A DNA stretch of 64,000 bases from Fimbriosthenelais zetlandica (taxonomy: Eukaryota), in contig OZ365112.1 in assembly GCA_977030845.1 (NCBI GenBank), positions 13,268,001 to 13,332,000 of the forward strand, given 5' to 3'. A program made the position numbers and the translations under genes. Below are positions 53,801 through 64,000 of the stretch, piece by piece. Below the pieces are notes generated by a model that worked only from the letters and a program-made list of their open reading frames with translations, searched no databases and had not been told where the DNA came from. Every line of letters starts with the position of its first letter. Position 1 is the first letter of the stretch.

Positions 53801-56800
53801 TATAGAGGAATACAGAAAAGGGCAGTGATTTATTGGATGTGTATTCATAGGAGACTGGGCCATATGTGAACGAGTGTCCCCTATGCTCCCTACTCTACCC
53901 CTCTTCATGGTACTCTCTACAGAATACCTCAATGTGCGCCTGATATTTTAAAGACCCATAGAAATACATAACTGACCAAACAATTTATCAAACAGCTGCT
54001 GCTGAACAACAAACAATGGATCACTTTCCCAAATACCGGGGTAAATTATTCAATGGGCAAAAATATGCCATGGTACATGGGTTAAGTTTAAGCATAATGT
54101 AGAGATGTTGCCGAGAACATGTACATACATATATATATTCAAATGATATATATATATTATATATGATGCATCAGTCAACAGTCACAGGGTCTGAGAGATG
54201 GAAAATATATATTAATAGTATTGATATGTGTTGCCATATACTACGTTTTTGAATATACATGGTGTCAAGTCTGTACCATATACATAACCCAGGGACAACT
54301 GGATACACAGACTTTTTATTTTATACCCCCTCTTATAGTACAATTACACATGTACTGATTACTTCAGTATAATTAAAAGTGAAGGGTTGGAAATCATTAA
54401 GTTCAAAATGGTATCATAAAAGCACAAAACCACTAATGGCATCAGGCAAAGCTTTTAAAATAATTAAATCAGCACTAGGCAAATTAAATGAAGTCCGCGA
54501 CCACACTTCAGGATTTATAATCCATGGTGCACATATAGAGAGAACGGAGCATCATTTATAATGATGGTATATTTGGGCAAAACATGCAAAGGGACTCGAT
54601 GGCAATTGAGGCACATTAGATCCAATTATAATCATTTCCTCGCCAACTAAATTATGCACTAATATGGGCAGGTATGCATTATCTAACGATGAGAGTGGCA
54701 TCAAACATGAATGGAATGAGCTATTTTAGGCTCATTTTTTCACCAAGTCATTATTCATCCCTTCACGACGCACTTATACGACGAACTTTGTTTTTTATGT
54801 ATAAACGAGGATTGTGTTCCTACCAGTCCACTTATCTAACTTTCTTTTCTTTTTGTACGCAAAATATATGCTCCAATTAAACCTAATGAGTAGTACAATG
54901 AAATAAATAATAGAGATACACATCGATTGAGTCAAATTGGTCATGGCTTGCCAACACATGATTGGTTTTCGAAATTAATTTTAATTAAAGTGTTACCTTA
55001 CCTTATACATTGCCCTCCATATGTCGACGAATCTTTCGGCTTAGTGTGTACATACATTATAGATGCTGCTCTCTGCAATTAGCCGCTGTACGGGAACCTC
55101 CAGCTTCCAACAGAAATCAATCAAGACTACTGCAAAGAGAAATTGGTCCTTGGTCAGCTGGTAGAAAGGAGGATTTGACAACGAAGATTTCTTGTTTTGG
55201 TCTTTTAGCATTTCAACTCTGTAGATTCTAGTAAAACATACCTGAGGTTTCTATCAAGGATTCCTCATGATTTGTTACATTTTCCACCCTCTAAACGCAG
55301 TAGTGAATACTTGCAATCTACGAAATTTTGATAAAGTGGAGAATATACTTTCATTACACTAATAGGCTTAATAGCCATAAGTATAATGTATATGAATGTA
55401 AGTAAAAATGTAATTGAAACCCACTTGCAGCTGCAGACCCAGAACAGTTTCCACCAAGAAAATTTAAAAAAACTAGTCACAATACAAAAATTCTACGATT
55501 GTAAAATATATAGAAGTGGATAATAACAGAGTTCCCAGGAAAATCCAAGTCAATCCACGAGTGGAAGGAAAGTTTCTTATGGTATCATTCTACTAGACTA
55601 CTCATTGCTCCGTGCAAGCATTCAGTGGACTGTCCCGATCCCTGGAGGAGGGAGAGATTGAGTTGAGGTGGGATGGCACTGTGTGAGGTGTTTATGGCAG
55701 CTCAATAAAGAGGAGGCTGGGGGAATTGGTAGTATATATATGGCAAAGTTGACCAGCATTTCCAGGACACTAAACAGCACTGCCAACACATTTCCTCTGG
55801 GTCCCCACTCGGTATTAACAAGGACGAGGGCCGATTGGAAGGCATTTCTTCAAGAAAGCCCTGTGAAACCACAAATATATATATACACCACTTTCACAAG
55901 TATTGGTCAATATGACAATTTATAACTAATGTACCAAGCAACTTACAATGTATATATCTTTCTTAATATTCAACACAGGTACTGCTGGATATAAAAAAAG
56001 GCTTTCTACTGGGTTATCCCAGTCAAAAGTATCCATATTTCCACAACCACGATTGTCCCTATTCTGCTGGGTTAAAGATCGTGTCCATGATTAGGACTGC
56101 CGTCCCTGCAGCAATGCAGAGCCAAAGCTGATTGGGCTCAGCGTCCCAAGTTAGGGAAGCAATTCCTGGTACATGACCTGGCCATTTTCTGTTTATGGCA
56201 GTGTGTCAGGTGGAGGCCTTACAAAAGTAAGGTCAATTATATCTAGTCTATTGAATCAGTGCCAGATGTCGGCAGGGACAATTGCATTGCTTTCCCAGTT
56301 CCTTCTGCGGATCCCCACAGCCCATCTACTACATACATAAAAGACCTGCAGATAGGTCTCATTTGGTCGCCTGGCCACAAATAAAACATCATTTCGCCTT
56401 GCGCCCAGAAAAAAAAATTTTAATGCAATTTTCTATAACCCTAAAGAATGAAAATGAGCCATTTCCTTTCATATGATACTGAATTGTTTGTATAACCGAT
56501 TTCATTGTGTTAACATCACTGCCCCGGCAGATTGGGGAAATCTCTACTGTACATTCAGTCTATATACTATACCAGAAAAGCCCGAGACCTACAGCTTAAT
56601 AACGGCAGTTAATCTTCATTTGGCTCAACCCTGCTTGGCAACATTCACACGCGGAAATGGGGCAATGGTCAACACAAGGGCTTACTGGCTAAAAAATGTG
56701 CGGGGAGCATGCCAGCTATTTCACCCATTTAGATGGGAACAGGGAATCCACAAGAGGGACGCGTCTTTACACAGATGCAATTTAAATGTACATGTACTCT

Positions 56801-58379
56801 GAAATCTTCTAATTATATCACCTTTCCGAAATTACATAGCTTTTTACAAAATTTATACATGAATCACTAAAAAATGCAAAAAAGTGGTATGCCTGAAGGA
56901 TCCTGCAAAAATATTGGTGCACACATCTGGAACACTGGAAATTATTTGTAAGACCCCTATAAAAAGTCTGTCTGTATGGTGTGATCCTTCAAAAATCCCA
57001 CAAATGAATTGACTGAACATACCCATTGGGAGGGTCGAGTCCGCTTTCGAAGGTGGTAAGAAGAAGGTGCTGCTACCTTGTGCATGGTGCTGAATACAAC
57101 TGGTGAAGTCTAGGTGGACGGACTAGACGGAGTGTCCGAGGCTTGTCAGGAGCAGTGTTAGAACCATACTGGGACATGACCGTCCTTAAATGACTATCTT
57201 GTGACGAGTCTATGTATGATCAGAATGATTATCTAACTCATCATACAGCTGAACGATCTCAGCACCTTATAGCATACAGGACCCTGATTTGGTCAAATAT
57301 AATCATTTTTATTCTGACTTTATACAGGGTTGTACAAAACCTTTAGATAGGTGTCTATTATGGTGACTGTTATAATAAGCCGTAAATAAGTAAATAACAC
57401 TTTATGTAATATTGTATCCGAAAGAGGTAGGATTTTCGCACTAAATAAAATGATGCTTCAGTTGGGCAGAGTTATCCACAAAGGTTTATCCACAAAATAG
57501 AGGCAAAATACATGTTTTGAGCGTAAAGTTGAATGCTTTTTACCTTACCTACCAACCTATTACAATCCGATGTGCGGATTAAAGCCCGTGTTACTAGAAA
57601 GATCTGCTACAAATGTCGAAAATTAAAGCCATTTTGCTTACATTTCATTTCAAGCAAAGCTCTGATATTAAGTTTATAGGCAGACCAACACCAAACAGAT
57701 ATATATTTTAGGGTCTGACACCCTACAACCAGTTAACAGTCTTAAACGCCCATCTGTTGGCAGTTCCCTGTAGACACTTGTTACTATGTAACTATTTACT
57801 CAATACTATTACTCGTTACTATGGATCTATTTAGTAACTCGTAACTAAACCCTCCCCTGTAATACATTATATAATTACAGCAGGAAAGACATGGCACATA
57901 TAAAATTCAAGAAAAGCTGGCGATCGATAATATGCAAAAATACACAATAAAAAACATCAATCTGAGTAGTTAACAGAGCAACCCCCAACTACCAGTTCAC
58001 CTGAACGCTAAAATGTAAATATTAAAAAAAATAGGAAAAAGAACAAAAGAAAAAGTCACTTCTTTACAGAATAGTCAAGCTCATTATTTACAGAATAGTC
58101 AAGCCAGTTTACCAGCCATTTCTGCATTGTTATAGATTGTCCATAAACAGGGCAGCCAAAGCTAACATTATTGCGCTAGATTACCGAACCCAAAATCAAC
58201 AATATCACGTAGAGGCTGAAAAAAAATCTGCACTGCTTCTACGAAGCTGCATTCTCCGCTCGGAATAACAAGAACTTTAAACATGAACTGTGTAACATGA
58301 ACTTCAACATTAAACGGAATTGCAGAACTCACTCAGATGTTGTGGTCACCCTGTAGCCTGGTCAGAGCTAGCTGTATAA

Positions 58380-61300
58380 TCAACTAGCATCTGTTTCACT
58401 GTCTCTATTGTCCATTTGTTTAGGCTGAGCTCCCACCTCCATGAGGAGACCAGCCTTGTCACGCACCTCTGACACTATCTTGATACGGGGATCCATATTC
58501 ACCATTAACCACTCGCCAATGGCATCAGGGTAAAAGATGTCACCCATCACGATTTGTATCTCGTTACGTAATTGTACCATCTCACTCTGCAATCTAGAAA
58601 AATACAATGGATTTTGTAAAATTGCAATTTAATGGGTAGTATGAATGAAAAATAAAATAAACTACGGACTCAACATTTATGTAAGAGCTTAGGCAATGAT
58701 CTAATGTTTATATAATATAAAGTTCATAACAAGGATATTAATAAACGGAAATTATAATGAATAGATCAAAATAAAATACTTACTGTTGAACGTGTGGTAG
58801 TAAGTGGAATATGTGCGCAGGATTAGCAAAACGATGTGCCACGTGATAGTCAGTCATCCAACCATTCAACCTTACAAGTGGAAAGAACAGTTATTGGAAA
58901 TATCCATGGAAATTTAGGTAAAGCCCAGAAGAAAAATAAAACTGTCATTCTCAGAGTAGGAATGCTTACCTGTCATTTTCTAACAGTAGCTTACATCGCT
59001 CCACATGACAGAGGAGTACATTCACACGACAATAGACGTCACTACCAGGGAAATCACACTGAGGAATATTGTGTAGTCTAAAAACAAAATTTGAAGATTA
59101 ATGTCAAAATTCCAATAAATGACATACTTATAGTATTTATAATTACTAGAAAAATATCAAAATAAAAGATAGAAGTATGACAGTTAGGTGATATGAATTT
59201 TCTGACTGAAAAATACTTACATAACAAACGGATCTAATGGAATTAATTCTTGGAAACCGAGTTCTAAACTGGCTTGCTTGTGAACTGCTTCAGTAAATTC
59301 CCCTGGTAATAAAATATATAAATAGATATAAATAATTAGATTGTATGAAGTTGTAACTGAAAGAAGCATTCTATCAAATTCTGAACATGAATATTTAAGA
59401 TTTTCTGTGCACTTTCATAGGAGAGAAAGACCGGGATATTAATGTAGATTTCTAGATATATTGTATGGGTCACTCACCAGCTTCTAATGTGAGAAGACAC
59501 AAAGCGAGTGATGGAAGACCAACAGGCAGAAGTTCACATAAAACGGAGTAGTGGTCGTACCTGGAATCGATTCTACATTTCAGAAAATCATAGCCAAAAA
59601 AATACCGTAAATTCTTCATCTTTCTTTTAACGGATTAAAACAGCCTTTTATTATGAGATTTTTTAAAATTTAATTTAATTTTTATAGAGCCATATTATTG
59701 GTGAAACCAGCTCACACTCTTAATCGTATAGAATATAATTTTCACCTTTGCCAGCCGGTGAGAGCGTAACCTCGGAAGTTTTGGAACTTAGCTCCCTGTT
59801 CTTTAATAACCAACATCCAGTCCTTGTGATTCTCTAAATGATAGTCAATGTTTGTAGCGCACATACAAGGTCCTGTAGCTCCTTTAAATGCACTAGCAGC
59901 CCAAACATTAGGAAAAACTTGGCAATAGCGATCCCAAATACCTGGAAAATAAAGCAAATTAAAAAGTTTAATGTATAAGAAATACTGATGTTATAAATTA
60001 CGATACATGTAAAATGGGAATTACTTACCTGCTGGAAGCCTGATTTTCTTCTCATAAAACCAGACCATTGGTTCCACAAGACTGCCTAGACCTGAGTCTG
60101 TAAGGAATAAAATAAGAAATTACAATTTAGAGAGCACGGTATTATGGCATTAAAAATTGAATGGGAGAAGAGGTGCGAGTTGATTTAATAGAATATACCA
60201 CTTACTTTCTAAGATTTGAGTTTCTGTGAGTCTGAACATATCATCCCACATGATAAGTTTGAGACGGGAATGCTTGTCTTTCACATTTTTCAGTACGTCA
60301 TGAGTATGACTTAAGAAAAGCTGCGTTGGTGTCCAGTTATTCTCCTTTATCCGTCTCTGGCACTCATCACAAACGCCCATATGGAATACCTTTACAAAAT
60401 GAAATGAAATGTCGATGGGTTATTTTAGAATTCATGTGATTTTTCTAGTAGAAAATATGCCAACATATTTAGAGAACGCTCATGAAATTTCATACACAAG
60501 TCGGCTGAATGACACAACGGTCAGCAAATATTTTTTTAAATATCTACCCACCTCATCCGCTCCAATATGTAGCCACTCTATGTCTGGATGAAGCTCCAAA
60601 ACCTGCTCTATCATTTGAAGGACAAGAGGGACTGCACCTAAAGGAACAGTTTCCAAAGGGTGACAATTAATCAGTAGGCATATATTTATATGGAATGGAC
60701 TTTATTTAACAATAGTTTAGCCTGCTATTATTCTCCAGAGTTGAAAAACAACGGAATAGGAGACTATCAATTATAAAATAAATATTTTATTAATTTTTTC
60801 GTTTGGAAACCATACCTTGATGAGAAGGACATAAAGCCATTGGAAGTTCTGGCACCTCTCGTAGTTCTTTGAACCGGGAATGCTTGAGGACGAACTGAAA
60901 TGGGCAATGGTTTGTTCAAGTTAAATAATGATGAGTTGGAACTAAAGAAACAAAGCCCCTGTATTATAGTTTATAATATAAGAGAAGAAGGCCTAGTAAA
61001 TAATTCTTTTCAGGTAAAAATTGTTCGCTGTAATTTAGGCCTTGTTCAACTGTGTTTCATCGACTTAAAATATAAGCAATTGTTTTAAAATATACCTCAA
61101 AATGTCCAAATGTCTGTATCAATGGAATGACAACCAAGCCATGTTCCTTGGCCAGATGCAGGAGTTTATCTATGTCCTGAGTACTGAAATATTAGACATT
61201 CACATGAACTCTTAATAACTCATGCAGGTGGCATGACGTGAAACCACTATTCCTTCACTGTAACCTCGGACCAAAGTCACCATATAAAATAAACAGCCTA

Positions 61301-61905
61301 CGAAAAGATTAAATTAGGATAAGCTGTCCCTTAAATTACGATTCCTAAGTTACAAATAGCACTCAGTCATTATGGACTACATGTATGTATAATTTTTCTT
61401 AGACTGACCTGTAGGCATTTGGTGCCTTTAGAATTTCAAGCTCCCCTTTATATGGGAACATATCCTCATACTCAACCAGCAGACCATTGGCACCCCATCT
61501 TCTTAAAAGTGGGAAAATCTGAAACGAAATAAATGCATGGATATGGGCAGTAACTCGTTAGTATCATGTACAGAGTTGGAGAATTGGGAGCTTAAGGATT
61601 TTATTTGCTCGAAATTTCTGCAATAGGGACTTACTCGTCTAACAATAGCTTATAATGTATTATATATGAGGTGGATTTAATAAACAACTTACCTTTTCAA
61701 AGTAGCTGATTAGGGGTGGTGCGCCCTTTAGATCAAGATGAACAAGCCTGAAAAATACCAGCATAAAAGATTCATTAAATACTAGTACTCCTAATCTATA
61801 GGAAATCACCCAGACATAAAATGAGTTAAGGTCTAAATTGGCGCCAAAAATTAGGCATATGACACTAATTTCTTACCGTCCTTCCATTGAATTGTTGGCC
61901 GACAT
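58380..61905 (-). CDS. HEXD: Hexosaminidase D (GH20, HEXDC-type), ~489 aa, no signal peptide
   Basis: 14 in-phase exons: 61877-61905, 61693-61747, 61409-61518, 61096-61183, 60816-60894, 60552-60637, 60206-60389, 60029-60097, 59746-59941, 59478-59560, 59221-59302, 58970-59077, 58784-58870, 58380-58593. Motifs [34 protein letters not shown], catalytic HIGADE, MWDDM, SAFKGA and LTGWQRYDH. Confidence 0.95.
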
Positions 61906-62339
61906 TCTGTCAAGACACTCGACCTCACAAGGCGGGGCCTGACCTGGGGCTGTAAGCTAAGGGCCGTTAGCCCTACAACATTTCGAGGTGAAAACTCTGG
62001 ACCTCAATTTCCGACAAAGAACTGAAAAATAAAAAAGAACAATTAGGCTTGGCCCTGCTCGTCCACTCCAACCCCAGGGCCATTCCTGTACCTGTACAGT
62101 AATATAGAATATAGTACTAGTCTATAGTATAGTGTAGGGCCCGACTCGGCAGGCAATACTCAGTTCATCTCGTCAACAAATGAAAGCTCATCGGATACAC
62201 TTCTAAAATCGAGAGAAAATGGGAAATAAATGACTAATGAGTAGGAATACACAATGCTTTACCCTTGACAAGATTAATTAAAGCGTTTAAACGTGATTAA
62301 TTTCGGCCACGAGCTCACGCCTCCTGTTCTCCTGACTCC

Positions 62340-62552
62340 ATGAAAATGTACCGGAAGTGACGGTCGTTGCATCGGGAAGAGTTTGCTAAGTGCCGATGTT
62401 TTACCATTTTCTATCAACATCCTTCCGGTTTAACAATCGAGTTGGCCTAGGAAAGATAAACAAGGGATAAATATCCGTATATTTCAGTCGCAGGCAGACC
62501 TATAATGCGCAGAAATTTCTAAAATACATCTAGAAGTTAATTTGTGTTGAAA
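62340..62552. promoter_or_regulatory. Putative bidirectional promoter for HEXD and OGFOD3, with ETS motifs
   Basis: CCGGAAGT at 62351-62358 and CTTCCGG near 62423, between a HEXD leader exon (donor GC|GTGAG at 62319) and the OGFOD3 ATG at 62553. Confidence 0.6.
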
Positions 62553-63899
62553 ATGGCCAGAAAACGAACGTACAAAGGAGGAAAAGGAGATCAGAAGGAA
62601 ACTGAATCTCCTCGACCGGGGGCTGGAAGGTGAGCGCTGGCTGCCTGTGGGCGTGACCGGCACGCACGTGTCCTAACTTGACTAACCAGGTGTAGGCGTC
62701 CTAAAAACTCTACAGTGTTTTCAGGCTACCCTCAAATCACTCAATGTCTTTGGAGTGTTTTAGAACTCCTACTAGCTGGTCAGTTAGAACAACACTCTAA
62801 TTTATATAAGACCGGGGTATTCATTTTTATAATAAAAATATTCTTAATTCCAGATCTCCCAACGAACCATCTGAAAACTCTGCCCCGGTTGAGCAATCTG
62901 ATAGGGGTACGAGCTTCTCCCACAAACGTATAATCGCTCGGATGGTGATCGTCATGGGCACCATGCTGGCCGCCCGCTTCTACTTCACCCCGCCCACCTA
63001 CACCCTAGCCAGTGTGTCTGAAACTGTTGACAGACGAGGTGCAAATGTCTCCTGTTCTACAGACTATGAGCAAGAAAGATTAAAATACATAGGTAACGTT
63101 ACCACTTATTTGTTTTAATTACAGAGAAAATGCTCCAGCTACACCACAAAGAGCAGGAGCCATTTTTGTCGCCAATTGGGACTCCCTGGAAGCCAAATAC
63201 AAAAGAAAGAAGCATTGAGGGTCGGGGGTAATACCCCTCCACCTGAAGTCTCGCTTCACTGGTTTTCTACATGTACGTCTATGCTCTCGCCCTCCCCCTG
63301 CTGACTCTTCCGTGTATACCGCCACCCTCCCCTGCTATAGAGACACACTGACACTGCTTGAGGGGTGTAGTACTAGTACACACACCCCAGTGTCTCTTCC
63401 AAGAGAAATCATATTATATACGATAGACGATAGATAATCTAATGACCTCTGATAATTGATATTTTAATAAAACATTTTTTTTTTCTTCACCAATTTCAGA
63501 ATGCTTTCCCAAGAGGTGTGGAAGAGTTGTGATGGATGGAGTTATAACTGATCACGAGGCAAAAGAGTTGCTTAGGTACGGTACTTTTGTTTTGTGTTTG
63601 AAAATGAGTGTGTTGTGAATTCAATTAATTTAATTTAATCAAGCTAGGCCGACTATTATATCATGATCTAACGTGTTCAAATAATTTAGGATAGCAAGAG
63701 CAGGCCTAGCACTTGGTGGCGGGAATGGAGGGGTGAGTAAATTTAAATATTACAATTTCCATTAGTATGATTTGAATTTGGTTTGAACAGACTTTTATAT
63801 CCTGTTATAACTACATGTACTTTTATGTTTTCAGGCGTCTATCTTAGATCTACATTCAGGAGCCCTCTCCAAGGGAGACAATTTCATCAATATATACTC
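62553..63899 (+). CDS. OGFOD3: 2-oxoglutarate and iron-dependent oxygenase domain-containing protein 3, 3'-truncated at the window edge
   Basis: Exons 62553-62629, 62854-63092, 63500-63575, 63690-63732 and 63835-63899, all in phase. N-terminal TM anchor, then CSTDY..ECFPKRCGRVVMDGVIT and GLALGGGNGGASILDLHSGALSKG, matching recalled OGFOD3. Confidence 0.92.
62673..62787. repeat. Imperfect inverted repeat (MITE remnant or RNA hairpin) in OGFOD3 intron 1
   Basis: The left arm ACCAGGTGTAGGCGTCCTAAAAACTC aligns to the reverse complement of the right arm (ACCAGCTAGTAGGAGTTCTAAAACACTC); both ends carry CTAACT/AGTTAG; the loop is about 40 nt. Confidence 0.55.
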
Positions 63900-64000
63900 G
63901 TAAGTAGACAGCTTGATTTATATATATAAATGCCTTTTCGTTTAAGGCAATACATTGTTATTTAATGTTTTAACTTATGTCACATCATACTTTGCAGAAT

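Noticed and set aside
57472-57494. Two perfect bacterial DnaA boxes (TTATCCACA) 5 bp apart
   Set aside because: Eukaryotic context with no oriC features; best explained as a short local duplication.
17000-58000. Conserved bilaterian miRNAs, tRNAs or snoRNAs in the gene-poor region
   Set aside because: A manual scan found only seed-length matches and no complete mature sequence, cloverleaf or C/D pair. A covariance-model search (Infernal/Rfam) is still needed.
63119-63325. 68-aa minus-strand ORF nested in OGFOD3 intron 2
   Set aside because: Non-ATG start, no homology cue, and a length expected by chance in a GC-rich patch.

Overview
AT-rich, intron-containing animal (invertebrate-like) genomic DNA; the taxon cannot be determined from the sequence. 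Left to right: (1) a minus-strand catalase-like allene oxide synthase / PLAT / lipoxygenase fusion gene (13 exons visible, 772 codons plus a partial exon, cut off by the left edge) whose haem-pocket residues look heavily remodelled; (2) two divergent intronless orphan ORFs (about 398 and 1026 aa); (3) coilin (-) head-to-head with IQCK (+); (4) a ~42 kb gene-poor stretch with one clear two-transmembrane-helix coding exon and a few candidate orphan exons; (5) hexosaminidase D (-) head-to-head with OGFOD3 (+, cut off by the right edge), the same arrangement as in human. Exon models were built by hand from splice signals and phase continuity. Homolog comparisons use reference sequences recalled from memory, not a database search, and need confirming by alignment. 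The best candidate for a new system is the AOS-LOX fusion: it keeps the distal His and proximal Tyr but has substitutions at T66, N137 and two haem-associated arginines, plus an N-terminal extension and a ~68 aa insertion in the lipoxygenase domain. No tRNA, rRNA, CRISPR array or intact transposon ORF was recognised.
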